From NCBI GenBank assembly GCA_944384185.1, contig CALWSM010000001.1, positions 1 through 61,640 on the forward strand: DNA of 61,640 nucleotides. Reading direction: 5' to 3'. The notes under the pieces were generated by a model that was not told the DNA's origin, made no database searches, and was given only the letters and a program-made list of their open reading frames with translations. Positions within the stretch are counted from its first letter, which is position 1. Each line of letters opens with the position of its first letter. The stretch comes from an uncultured Blautia sp. (GTDB lineage Bacteria > Bacillota > Clostridia > Lachnospirales > Lachnospiraceae). Below, one piece after another: positions 38,412 through 48,431 of the stretch. Both the position numbers and the translations under genes were made by a program.

Positions 38412-39803
38412 TTATAATTCACAATTGTTTACAGTTCTTGGGAAAGGTATCACATCCCTGATGTTCTGCATACCGGTAAGGTACATCACACATCTCTCAA
38501 ATCCAAGTCCAAAGCCGGAATGACGGGTTGAGCCGTATTTGCGCAGATCCAGGTAGAATCCATAGTCTTCTTCCCGCAGGTCCAGCTCTGCCATCCGCTG
38601 TTTCAGCTTCTCATAGGAATCTTCTCTCTGGCTTCCTCCGATGATCTCCCCGATCCCCGGAACCAGACAGTCCATAGCCGCCACAGTTTTGCCGTCTTCG
38701 TTCTGTTTCATGTAGAAGGCCTTGATCTCCTTCGGATAGTCTGTGACAAATACCGGACGTTTAAAGATCTGCTCGGTAAGGTATCTCTCATGCTCGGTCT
38801 GAAGATCGCAGCCCCAGGATACCTTATAGTCAAACTTATCATTCGCCTTTTCCAGCAGCTCTACAGCCTCTGTATAAGTCACATGGGCGAACTGGGAATT
38901 CAGTACATGGTTCAGTCTGTCCAGAAGGCCTTTATCTATAAAGGAATTGAAGAAATTCATCTCCTCCGGGGCGTTCTCCAGCACATAGCGGATCACGTAT
39001 TTCAGCATAGCCTCGGCCATCTCCATATTGTCCTGAAGATCTGCAAAAGCCATCTCCGGCTCGATCATCCAGAACTCCGCCGCATGACGGGTGGTATTGG
39101 AATTTTCCGCCCGGAAGGTAGGTCCGAAGGTATAGATGTTCCGGAAAGCCTGGGCAAAGGTTTCCCCGTTTAACTGGCCGCTGACTGTGAGGTTTGTAGG
39201 TTTCTTAAAGAAATCTTTGGAGAAATCCACCTCTCCCTCTTCCGTCTTCGGGATATTCTTCAGATCCATAGTGGTCACCTGGAACATTTCTCCTGCGCCT
39301 TCACAGTCGCTTCCTGTGATCAGAGGGGTATGCACATATACAAAGCCTCTCTCCTGGAAAAACTGATGGATGGCAAAGGCGGTCAGCGAGCGGATGCGAA
39401 AGACTGCCTGGAAGGTATTGGTCCTTGGACGCAGATGGGAAATAGTCCGCAGATACTCCATACTGTGACGTTTTTTCTGAAGGGGGTAGTCTGCGGCGGA
39501 ATCGCCTTCCACAGTTACCTCCGAGGCCTGGATCTCAAAAGGCTGTTTTGCATTGGGCGTAGCAACCAGCTTTCCTTTTACAAGAATGGCCGCACCTACA
39601 TTTAATTTAGAAATCTCCTGAAAATTTTCCATCTGATCATGGTAAACGATCTGGAGGGTTTCAAAAAAGCTGCCGTCGTGAAGCACGATAAATCCAAAGG
39701 TCTTGGAATCTCTTACACTTCTCACCCAGCCTCCTACGGTAATCTCTTTATCCAGATATTCTTCTCTGTTTCTGTAAATTTCTTTTACTGTTGTGAGCTG
39801 CAT
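38412..39803 (-). CDS. asnS: Asparagine--tRNA ligase
   Basis: GWVRSVR OB fold, [26 protein letters not shown]; start MQLTT behind AAGGAG. Confidence 0.97.
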   Translation of the reverse strand: MQLTTVKEIYRNREEYLDKEITVGGWVRSVRDSKTFGFIVLHDGSFFETLQIVYHDQMENFQEISKLNVGAAILVKGKLVATPNAKQPFEIQASEVTVEGDSAADYPLQKKRHSMEYLRTISHLRPRTNTFQAVFRIRSLTAFAIHQFFQERGFVYVHTPLITGSDCEGAGEMFQVTTMDLKNIPKTEEGEVDFSKDFFKKPTNLTVSGQLNGETFAQAFRNIYTFGPTFRAENSNTTRHAAEFWMIEPEMAFADLQDNMEMAEAMLKYVIRYVLENAPEEMNFFNSFIDKGLLDRLNHVLNSQFAHVTYTEAVELLEKANDKFDYKVSWGCDLQTEHERYLTEQIFKRPVFVTDYPKEIKAFYMKQNEDGKTVAAMDCLVPGIGEIIGGSQREDSYEKLKQRMAELDLREEDYGFYLDLRKYGSTRHSGFGLGFERCVMYLTGMQNIRDVIPFPRTVNNCEL

Positions 39804-39836
39804 TCTTCTATCTCCTTCTCTTACAGGTATTTCATT

Positions 39837-39865
39837 AGTATAGCGCATTGTCCGGAACAGTTCAA
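39837..39865 (-). promoter_or_regulatory. SigA promoter of asnS-yhaO-yhaN
   Basis: TTGAAC-17 bp-TATACT. Confidence 0.65.
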
Positions 39866-39873
39866 GACCAATC

Positions 39874-42330
39874 TCAGCGGTTGTCCTCCAGATAACAGAA
39901 GAACACATTTCCATTTTCCTGAAAGGCGTTGGTACTGTCCTGCATGCCATAATACTGGGTTTCCCCTGCAGCCGGAGCATACAGGAGCACATTATATGCA
40001 TCATAGCCTACGATCACCTCTGCCTGTCCGTTTTTCCCCCGGGCGATCACCGGACGCCGGGCTCCTGTTTCATAGAGGATCTGTTCCAAAGTACAGCCGG
40101 ACATATCTATGACTTTTCCCTGTCCTTCCAGAGCCTCGTTTAAATCTTCCAGGTCGAGAGAGGCCTTGGCTATGGCTTCCGGCAGTTCCTGAACGGAAAT
40201 ATCCGCCCGTTCCGGTATATTGCCGCTTTCCCAGATATATCTCTGGGCGCTGTCCAGAACGATCCCGTCTTCCTCCTGAGCCAGGGCCACTGCCGAAGAA
40301 ACCGTTTCACAGACGCCGGTCAGGCTTCCAAGAGCATATACATAATATCTGCTTTCCTTTCCTCCGGTAAGCTCCATATTCAGAGTCCTGTCAGGGTTCT
40401 CGATAATCTTGGTATCTACTACCAGAGGCGGCTGGCCGGAGCTGTCTGCGGCAAACTGTATGGCAGTCACGTTCCCCTGCCGGACTGTGGTAGATGTAAC
40501 CACAGAAAATATCTCATCCTGTCTGCTGCGGACATTGTTCATGATCTGATCTTTGGTAGTCCCTGCAAAGCTGTCCCCTACCTTGGTAGCTCTGGAAAGC
40601 TCCAGCAGATTTTCCTGGATGGTCACATCCAGGACATAGTAGCCATCCTGATGATAGCTTTTTACCAGCTCTCCCTGAAAGTTCTGGATCCGTATCTCTG
40701 ACATGGCAAAATCCCTGCCGCCGGAAACGTTGTTCACAATATCCCCTTCATTGGCCACGCCATAGATCAGATCGTTATTAATAAATCCAAATAGCCGGAT
40801 CCTGGTTCCCGGATCCGCCTGGATCACAGCCTCTTCTCCTGTTTCAAAATCCATAAAAATGATCGACGTGGTATTGTAGGGATCCATTCCTTCCATCCAT
40901 GCGGCATAGCGTCCGTTCTCCGACACAAAAAAGCATTCATCCTTTATCTGATCCTGTACGGTTTCATAGGTTTTTTCTTCCATAGAGAACCTATACAGAT
41001 TTCTCTCTAAAAGAAGATACAGACTGCCGTCTTTGCTGGCATAGGCCAGCTTTTCCATGTCTGCCTTCAGAAAATCCCAGGATTTCAGATTTCTCAGGAA
41101 AAACTTCTCCTCTATGGCGTTCTGCTCTGCGGAATAATGATATACGGCGGTTCCCATCTGCCCCTCATGCTGCCCCCGGTTCATATATCCGTAAAGGACA
41201 AAGTCGATATCCCCGCTTTCTTCTACTCTGACGATCTTGATATCATGCCGGCTGATGTCATTCCTCTCATCATTGCTGAGGGTATCCCGAAAACTGAAAA
41301 CTCTTGTCATTTTATTGGTTTCCACATTGTAAGACCACAGATCTCCCTGCTGCACAAAAGCCAGGATCGTCCCTGTGCTGTCTGACATATACTGTACGTC
41401 CGTAGGAGCAATCCCAAGATTTATTTTTCCTCCGCTGACAAAGTTCTGTTCGGTTGTAAGCACCTGTTCAACCTGTCTTCTGAAGTCCAGGAGGACGACT
41501 CTGGTCTGGTTATAGCTCATACGGTAAAACTCTTCCACCTGATATATCTCCACCTCTCCTTCCTCTGTCTCGGCGGAGATATCATAGGTCAGGGAAATGC
41601 TGCCGGAATTCTCACTGATATCCTCTATGGTTGGAATTCCCGGTCTGCTGATCTGTGGCGCCAGGTCTCCCCAGAGGATCATACCTTCATCAGAAGTGAT
41701 ATCCAGATTCCGGAAACTGTTATCCGTTACCAGGGGATCGTCCTCCAGATAAGTAGTCAGATCCCCGGAATCCTCCTGAGAAAAGGTTTTTGTATAAAAG
41801 CTGTTTACAAATTCCACATACTGTTCTGTACTAAGTCCTGCCCTCTGAAGCAGTCTGGTATAATAATTCCAGCTTCCGTCCTCTGTATGCAGGGTAAAGC
41901 ACAGAGAATACTCCTGATCCATAAGGATCGGCTGGGACAATGTAAACCGGGCGGTAAGCCTGCCGTCCTCTTCTTCCGTAAATCCTCGGATCTTATTGTT
42001 CTCTATCACCGTCTTCCCGTCCAGAGAAGCAACCTCATAGACAAGACTGTCTATCTCCCTGCCATTAGGCGTAATGCTCACTTCCAGGGTCCTGTCTGTT
42101 CCCAGCGGCGTAACGCTGTCTCTCACAAAGGTTACATTCATCTCATCCGCATAAGCATACATGCGGTTTACTTCCGTTCCATTGATGAGCACAGCCATGC
42201 CGGGACTGGACGCCGTCTCCATATCCGTCTTATTATCTGTGGACTGATGATTCATCAGGCCGGAAAATGCTGCCACCCCGCACAGGAAGACAGCCAGCAA
42301 AATGCCGGCTCTTATTAATATTTTCTTCAT
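39874..42330 (-). CDS. Large exported or membrane-anchored acidic hypothetical protein (818 aa)
   Basis: Long ORF, N-terminal MKK plus hydrophobic segment, beta-rich body. Confidence 0.8.
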   Translation of the reverse strand: MKKILIRAGILLAVFLCGVAAFSGLMNHQSTDNKTDMETASSPGMAVLINGTEVNRMYAYADEMNVTFVRDSVTPLGTDRTLEVSITPNGREIDSLVYEVASLDGKTVIENNKIRGFTEEEDGRLTARFTLSQPILMDQEYSLCFTLHTEDGSWNYYTRLLQRAGLSTEQYVEFVNSFYTKTFSQEDSGDLTTYLEDDPLVTDNSFRNLDITSDEGMILWGDLAPQISRPGIPTIEDISENSGSISLTYDISAETEEGEVEIYQVEEFYRMSYNQTRVVLLDFRRQVEQVLTTEQNFVSGGKINLGIAPTDVQYMSDSTGTILAFVQQGDLWSYNVETNKMTRVFSFRDTLSNDERNDISRHDIKIVRVEESGDIDFVLYGYMNRGQHEGQMGTAVYHYSAEQNAIEEKFFLRNLKSWDFLKADMEKLAYASKDGSLYLLLERNLYRFSMEEKTYETVQDQIKDECFFVSENGRYAAWMEGMDPYNTTSIIFMDFETGEEAVIQADPGTRIRLFGFINNDLIYGVANEGDIVNNVSGGRDFAMSEIRIQNFQGELVKSYHQDGYYVLDVTIQENLLELSRATKVGDSFAGTTKDQIMNNVRSRQDEIFSVVTSTTVRQGNVTAIQFAADSSGQPPLVVDTKIIENPDRTLNMELTGGKESRYYVYALGSLTGVCETVSSAVALAQEEDGIVLDSAQRYIWESGNIPERADISVQELPEAIAKASLDLEDLNEALEGQGKVIDMSGCTLEQILYETGARRPVIARGKNGQAEVIVGYDAYNVLLYAPAAGETQYYGMQDSTNAFQENGNVFFCYLEDNR

Positions 42331-43547
42331 CTGTTATCCTCTCTGTATCTTTCCTCCGGGACAGCGGTTCCATCTCTGTCTGAGCTGCCGCCAAACATCA
42401 GCTTCTTTAATGTAGGCTCTACGCAGAAGGCTTCCATACATTTTTCCCATTTCTGCCGCCGCCTGGGATCTTCTTTTTTATTTTCATTCTTTACAGCCCG
42501 GATCAGCAGATTCTTGGGTGTATGTTCCATAGCTATAAACTCCAGGATCTGGGTATCATATCCTGCGCTCTCAAGCATCTGGGCCCTGAGACCGTCTGTG
42601 AGGAGAGCAGCAAATCGTTCCTTCAGGATCCCATACTCCAGCACAGGAGACAACTCCGGATTTTCCACCTGCCGGTTCAGCTCGTGCTGACAGCAGGGCA
42701 CAGACAATATCACCCTTGCTCCCCATTTTACCGCTTTGGCAAGGGCAAAATCCGTAGCCGTATCACAGGCATGGAGAGTCACCACCATATCCACCCGGTC
42801 CGCCCCCTGATAAGAGGCAATGTCTCCCTGGAGAAACCGCAGTTTGTCATATCCGTATTTATCCGCAAGTCTCTGGCATTTCTCGATCACGTCCTCCTTC
42901 AGATCCAGCCCGGTCACCTGTATGTCGCAATGGTTCAGTTCTTTCAGATAATAGTACATAGCAAAAGTCAGATAGGACTTCCCGCAGCCAAAATCTATGA
43001 TCCGGATTTCCCTGTCCCTGGGCAGCTTAGGAAGGATATCCTGTATAAACTCCAGATACCGGTTCAGCTGCTTAAATTTGTCATATCTGGAATTTTTAAT
43101 CTTTCCCTCAGGAGTCATTACCCCCAGATCTATCAGCCATGGAATGGGAACCCCTTCCTGGAGCAGGTAATTCTTCTTTCTGTTATGGGAAAGCATAGGT
43201 GTAAAATCTTCTTTCGTCCTGGTCCTGATTTCCTTGGCTTTTATATCCATGTTTCCCTTTTTGCTCACCAGGACTCTGCCCTGGACATATCTGCTTTCCA
43301 GCTGCAGCTGGCGGAAATTTTCCTGCATCTGCTCTGTAAGATAGGAGATCAATTCTTCTTTTCCATAATTTTCATGAATCGCTTTTGTTCCCTGAAGCCG
43401 GGTGACCTGATAGCGGACCTCTCCTTTTACCGGCACAGGCCGTACCTGGAGCTTTGTCCCGGTGCTTGTATTTCTGGCATTGCTTACCAGTATCCGGTCT
43501 AATTCTTCATTCACATATTTATTCAAAAATTCTCTGATATCTTTCAT
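42327..43547 (-). CDS. SAM-dependent methyltransferase
   Basis: IIDFGCGKSYLTF, LHACDTATD, VPCCQ motifs. Confidence 0.88.
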   Translation of the reverse strand: MKDIREFLNKYVNEELDRILVSNARNTSTGTKLQVRPVPVKGEVRYQVTRLQGTKAIHENYGKEELISYLTEQMQENFRQLQLESRYVQGRVLVSKKGNMDIKAKEIRTRTKEDFTPMLSHNRKKNYLLQEGVPIPWLIDLGVMTPEGKIKNSRYDKFKQLNRYLEFIQDILPKLPRDREIRIIDFGCGKSYLTFAMYYYLKELNHCDIQVTGLDLKEDVIEKCQRLADKYGYDKLRFLQGDIASYQGADRVDMVVTLHACDTATDFALAKAVKWGARVILSVPCCQHELNRQVENPELSPVLEYGILKERFAALLTDGLRAQMLESAGYDTQILEFIAMEHTPKNLLIRAVKNENKKEDPRRRQKWEKCMEAFCVEPTLKKLMFGGSSDRDGTAVPEERYREDNR

Positions 43548-43697
43548 GATCTATCCCTGTGTCTTATGTTTCCTCTGAAACTGCGGATTTTCCTGCAGTC
43601 CCTTTCTATTGTAAAAGTTTTAGGAAAAATCCGCAACCCCAAAACCAGGGTTTTCCACCGGTTTTTTGTATCTTCCCCTATCCGATCGGAAAGCGGT

Positions 43698-44087
43698 TCA
43701 GTCCCAGTCTCCCAAAAGCTTTCTCACACCTCTTCTCCTGCCGATTTCCTGGCAGAAAAGAACCGTCACAAAATCCTCCAGAAGTTCCCCTTCCCCACCT
43801 GTTTCCCCGGTTTGGGTCAAAGTAACTTCCGGCACCTCCCATGCCCGGGCATAAATCTCCCGGCAGATTCTCTCCATATTCCTTTTATCCGGATATTGAT
43901 CATAGATAAAACTTCCCTCATAGTCCAGCCGGTCGCAGCAGTCTGTGACAAGGGCCTTTAGACTCCCGGCCTTTTGGGGAAAATAAGATTCCATCAGCCT
44001 TCTGTCCTCTTCCAGTTTGGCGGCGTTTTCAAATCCCTCCTTATTTTTCACGGATCTGTAATAGCAGTTCCTTTTCTCTTCTTCCAT
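43698..44087 (-). CDS. Hypothetical protein (129 aa)
   Basis: ATG behind GAGG; CDRLDYEGSFIYDQYPD segment; fills intergenic gap. Confidence 0.65.
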   Translation of the reverse strand: MEEEKRNCYYRSVKNKEGFENAAKLEEDRRLMESYFPQKAGSLKALVTDCCDRLDYEGSFIYDQYPDKRNMERICREIYARAWEVPEVTLTQTGETGGEGELLEDFVTVLFCQEIGRRRGVRKLLGDWD

Positions 44088-44182
44088 AGCCTCTGGCCTC
44101 CAGGAACAAACATACTCTCTAACAGTATATTCTTCCTTTTCCTGCAGGGTTACCGTCTTTCCTTCAGCGGATCACAAAAAAA

Positions 44183-44234
44183 GCGCCTCTTTTCCGGATA
44201 TCGTTTCATTACGCTACGTCCAAAAAAGAGGCGC
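44183..44234 (-). terminator. Terminator after alpha-galactosidase
   Basis: GCGCCTCTTTT...AAAAGAGGCGC with adjacent A7 (U-tract on minus strand). Confidence 0.65.
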
Positions 44235-44280
44235 AAGGCATGCCTGCCATCTTCTATTATATCTTATGTGTTTCCATCCG

Positions 44281-46521
44281 TTATGACAGATCCGGGATGA
44301 TCTCCTTCAGCACATACAGCAGAGAAGCAAAATCCCCTCCCCGTCTGCCCAGTTCGGTTCGGTCAACCGGAATTCCCGCATACATCAGTTCATCTCCGTA
44401 GGCCTTATACTCCTTCTGAGACCCGCCTTCCAGAGACACCTGATAAAGGGTGTCTTCCTTTAGCCCCTTCAGTTTCAGCCGCAGCCAGGATCCGTTGACC
44501 TTGTTCAGCCTCTGATAGAACATAGCGATGGATTCTTTCTTGTCCTGAGATACCACCTGCCATGCCGTCTCATTTCCTTCAAAAGGACTCTGGATACGGT
44601 AAAAGTCTCCGTCGATCTGGATCAGTTCCCGGTATTTCTTCATAAAGGCTACCTGACGTTTCACCTCTTCCATCTCCTGATCAGAAAGAAGGTTCAGATC
44701 CAGCTCATAGCCAAAAGTTCCAAAATAAGCAATGTTGGCTCTGGTCTCTATTGGCGTTGTACGGGACACCTGATGATTAGGAACCGCAGATACATGAGAC
44801 CCCATAGAAACGATGGGGTAAACATAGGAAGTTCCATACTGGATCTTCGTTCTCTCATTGGCGTCTGTGTCATCGCTGGTCCAGGTCTGGGGAGCGAAGT
44901 ACAGCATACCCGGATCAAATCTGGCACCTCCGCTGGCACAGGATTCAAAAAGGATCTCCGGAAACTCTGTAGTAAGCCGGGTATACAGGTCATAAACCCC
45001 CAGCATATACCGGTGCATGGTCTCTCCCTGGCGGTCCGGATCAGCCGTCCGGCTGTAAGGCTCTGTCATATACCGGTTCATATCCCATTTGATATAGGAA
45101 ATGGAAGACTCCCGGATAATTTTTGCGATCATTTCATATATATAGTCCACCACTTCTTTCCTGGAGAAATCCAGGACATGCTGATGTCTTGCATGGCTTT
45201 CAAATCTGCCCGGCACGCCGATGAGCCAGTCCGGATGCTGCCGGTAAAGGTCACTGTCCTTATTTACCATTTCCAGCTCTACCCACAGGCCGAACTTCAG
45301 CCCCATATCTTCAATCTTTCTGGACAGTCCGGAAATCCCTTCCGGCAGTTTTTCCAGGTTGGCGTACCAGTCTCCCAGTCCTCTGTAGTCGTCGTTTCTG
45401 GCTCCGAACCAGCCGTCGTCCAGAACAAAAAGTTCTACGCCGGCTTCTTTTGCCTTTCTGGCAATGTTCAGGATCTTTTCTTCATTGAAATCAAAATAAG
45501 TAGCTTCCCAGTTGTTCAGCAGGATAGGACGGGCCTGGTCTCTCCAGGTCCCCCGCATAAGTCTCTTTCTGTACAGCCGGTGATATACCTGGCTCATTTT
45601 ATTCAGCCCCTGGTCACTGTAAACCATAACTGTTTCCGGAGTCTGGAAGCTTTCTCCCTGTGTGAGGATCCAGGAAAAGCTTTCCGGATGGATGCCCGCT
45701 ATAACTCTGGTCATATCAAAGGTAGATACCTCTGCCTGGATCAGGAAATTCCCGCTGTAAACAAAGCTGAAGCCATAAACCTCCCCGTTATCCTCCCCTG
45801 CCTGAGGACGCTTTAAAGCCATAAACGGATTGTGCTCCGCACCGCTGCAGGTACCGTTCAGTCCGTAAACAGACTGGATCCCCATTTCCAGCGGACGTTT
45901 CTTCACATACCGCTCTCTTCCCCAGGCTCCGGAAAGCTGGATCATTTCAAAGTCCATATCAGAAAATTCCACACAGGCGCTCATCGCCTTTTCCAGGACA
46001 ACGGCCCCCTCTCCCTTATGCAGAAATCTTGCATTTCTGGCGATCACCGGATAATCTCTGTAAATCGTATAAGACAATATAAGCTCCGTATCGATCTTCT
46101 CATCATGAAGGATGATCTCCAGGGTATCCGCTTCCTCTTCCCCTTCTACATAAGTAGCGGGCAGCGGAGAAAGTGAAGGCTTGCCCCTGTGGATCTCATA
46201 GCCTTTGTAAACAAAATTAACGATCCGGCTTCCATCCTCCTGCCGGATGGACAGTGCCGGCGTTTTGTAATCCCCTGTGCCGTAGACCGGATACTCCTGT
46301 CTGGCGTAGTGCATGGACAAAAGCCCCGGCTCCGGAACACAGACCGACATCTGTGATCTCATCAGCTCCTCATGAAAATGGGAAAAATCCTCTCTGTCGC
46401 GAAGGGCTTTTCCATAATACAGATTCTCCATCTGCCCATTCTCCATAATACGGATGATATAGCTTATTTCACTGTTACATAAATGAAACTGTTTTGATTG
46501 TTCATGATAAATAACAGGCAT
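44281..46521 (-). CDS. Alpha-galactosidase, GH36
   Basis: NNWEATYFDF, LFVLDDGWFG, YIKWDMNR, CASGGARFD, WTSDDTD. Confidence 0.95.
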   Translation of the reverse strand: MPVIYHEQSKQFHLCNSEISYIIRIMENGQMENLYYGKALRDREDFSHFHEELMRSQMSVCVPEPGLLSMHYARQEYPVYGTGDYKTPALSIRQEDGSRIVNFVYKGYEIHRGKPSLSPLPATYVEGEEEADTLEIILHDEKIDTELILSYTIYRDYPVIARNARFLHKGEGAVVLEKAMSACVEFSDMDFEMIQLSGAWGRERYVKKRPLEMGIQSVYGLNGTCSGAEHNPFMALKRPQAGEDNGEVYGFSFVYSGNFLIQAEVSTFDMTRVIAGIHPESFSWILTQGESFQTPETVMVYSDQGLNKMSQVYHRLYRKRLMRGTWRDQARPILLNNWEATYFDFNEEKILNIARKAKEAGVELFVLDDGWFGARNDDYRGLGDWYANLEKLPEGISGLSRKIEDMGLKFGLWVELEMVNKDSDLYRQHPDWLIGVPGRFESHARHQHVLDFSRKEVVDYIYEMIAKIIRESSISYIKWDMNRYMTEPYSRTADPDRQGETMHRYMLGVYDLYTRLTTEFPEILFESCASGGARFDPGMLYFAPQTWTSDDTDANERTKIQYGTSYVYPIVSMGSHVSAVPNHQVSRTTPIETRANIAYFGTFGYELDLNLLSDQEMEEVKRQVAFMKKYRELIQIDGDFYRIQSPFEGNETAWQVVSQDKKESIAMFYQRLNKVNGSWLRLKLKGLKEDTLYQVSLEGGSQKEYKAYGDELMYAGIPVDRTELGRRGGDFASLLYVLKEIIPDLS

Positions 46522-46833
46522 GGCGTCCTCCTTTTCTCTTGTGCTTCACTGTTTTATTTGAATGGTTTTAATTATAGACTCCTCCACTCCTCCTGTCTTT
46601 CCTATTTGTTTTTTTTAATTGTTAATTTGTTGCATCCTGGCCCCTTGTTATTGCAAATCATTGTTTTCTGACATCTCTGTAAATTTCATCCTCATTTTAA
46701 TAAATTTCCAGGTTTTTAAACCACTGTTTGATTTTAAAAATGTCAACCATTTTTCTGCTTTTTTCTCCAAAAAAATGGATTTTATAACAACTTCACAAAA
46801 CCTATGTTCTTTCTCACATTATGTAAATCAAAG

Positions 46834-46962
46834 AAATCCACCGGAATTTTTGTGGACAATGTGGATAACTTGGTGTATAACTCCATTTTTCCATAGTTTT
46901 CCACTCTTTTCAATGTGTATAACTTTGAGGACAAAATGTGGGAAGCCAAACAGCTTCCCACA
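46834..46962 (-). promoter_or_regulatory. DnaA-box cluster 2 (galK-GH36 intergenic)
   Basis: Reverse boxes TGTGGACAA 46851, TGTGGATAA 46860, GGTGTATAA 46872, TGTGTATAA 46914, TGAGGACAA 46926; forward degenerate boxes at 46834, 46887, 46897. Confidence 0.75.
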
Positions 46963-46966
46963 TTTT
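46933..46966 (-). terminator. Hairpin downstream of galK
   Basis: AAAATGTGGGAAGC-caaaca-GCTTCCCACATTTT perfect 14-bp arms. Confidence 0.65.
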
Positions 46967-47007
46967 TGTACATCTTTTACAATCGTGAATATTCTGAAAA
47001 TTTTTCT

Positions 47008-48294
47008 CTAGCCGATCACTTTAATGCCGCCCTGCTGACGGACTTTCAGCACATGGCAGGAGCCTTTGCCGAAAATACGATCAATCCTATTTCTATACTC
47101 TTCCACATAACTGTTTTCTACAAACACCTGGATCGTCCCTGCAAATCCTCCTCCGTGAACCCGGCTGACGCCGTGCTCCTGAAGAATACTTTCGCTGGCT
47201 CCCAGGGCAATGGACATAGACTGATTCTGCTCATCCCTGTTTATGTAAATATTCTGGAGATATTTAAAGGAAGAGTTTCCGGATTCTTTCACCAGTTCAA
47301 GAAATCCGGGGAAGTCCCCCTGCTTCAGAGCCTCCACCTGTTTCTCTACCCTTCTTTCCTCCTCGTAGAAGTGCAGCGCCCGCAGTACCGGACGGTCTCC
47401 CAGAATGCTTCTCAGTCCTGGAATTTCCTGGAAAAATTCTTCTTTTTCTACCTCTCTTAGCACATTTTTCTTAAAGAACGCCGCCACCTTCTTCATTTCT
47501 TCCGGAATCTTGGCGTAGTCGTCTGTCAGATTCGCATGAGAGGCCTTGGTGTCCACAATACAGAGGCTGTACTGATAGGCCTGGAAATCCGACGGCACCT
47601 TATTCACAGAAGGCACCTGGGGATCCTGAAAATCAATATGGATCAATCCACCTACTGCGCTTGCCATCTGGTCCATAAGGCCGCAGGGCTTTCCAAAATA
47701 CACATTTTCTGCATACTGTCCCGCTTTGGCGATCTCCACCGGATCGATCTCCATATTATTGAAAAGTCCGGAAAAGATCGTACCTACGATCACCTCAAAG
47801 GCTGCAGAGGAAGACAGGCCGGCACCGATCAGCACATCGCTGGTGATATAGGCCTGGAATCCGCCGATCTTATATCCCTTCTCTGCCAAGGCTGCCGCCA
47901 CGCCTCTTATGAGGGCTGTAGTGGTTCCTTCTTCTTCATATTTTTCTTCCAGATCCTCTATATTTATTTCCACCATGTCGTATCCTTCGGATACGATCTG
48001 AACTGCCGGAGTCTCTGTGGGACTGACAATTCCTATGGCGTCTAAGTTAATAGAGGTAGCCAGCACCATTCCATGCTGATGATCCGTATGATTGCCGCCC
48101 ACCTCGCTTCTGCCTGGAGCGCTGTATATTTCCACCGGTTTTTCGCCAAACAGCTCTTCAAATTTCCCTACCGCCTGAGCATATCTGGTATTCTGTCTTT
48201 TTGCTTCGCTCTCATCCTGGTAGATGTCCCGAAATAGTTCTTCGTACTTTCCCTGTAAAAGTTCCTCTTTTAGTATTCTGGAGTCTTTCATCAT
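47008..48294 (-). CDS. galK: Galactokinase (GHMP kinase)
   Basis: APGRSEVGGNHTDH, GAGLSSSAA, CGLMDQ, RVHGGGFAG. Confidence 0.88.
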   Translation of the reverse strand: MMKDSRILKEELLQGKYEELFRDIYQDESEAKRQNTRYAQAVGKFEELFGEKPVEIYSAPGRSEVGGNHTDHQHGMVLATSINLDAIGIVSPTETPAVQIVSEGYDMVEINIEDLEEKYEEEGTTTALIRGVAAALAEKGYKIGGFQAYITSDVLIGAGLSSSAAFEVIVGTIFSGLFNNMEIDPVEIAKAGQYAENVYFGKPCGLMDQMASAVGGLIHIDFQDPQVPSVNKVPSDFQAYQYSLCIVDTKASHANLTDDYAKIPEEMKKVAAFFKKNVLREVEKEEFFQEIPGLRSILGDRPVLRALHFYEEERRVEKQVEALKQGDFPGFLELVKESGNSSFKYLQNIYINRDEQNQSMSIALGASESILQEHGVSRVHGGGFAGTIQVFVENSYVEEYRNRIDRIFGKGSCHVLKVRQQGGIKVIG

Positions 48295-48431
48295 TTTTCC
48301 CTCCTGTTTTTTTCTGCAGACGGCTCATATACCGCCACGTTTATCATATCACACTTTTTCAAGAAAATACACATACCCTTTTTCTTTTTTCATAAACTGT
48401 AAAGAAACATCTGGTTGACGAGGAACTTTCT

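Noticed and set aside
39804-39873. T-box leader for asnS
   Set aside because: Only 70 bp of intergenic DNA, with the promoter immediately upstream of the RBS
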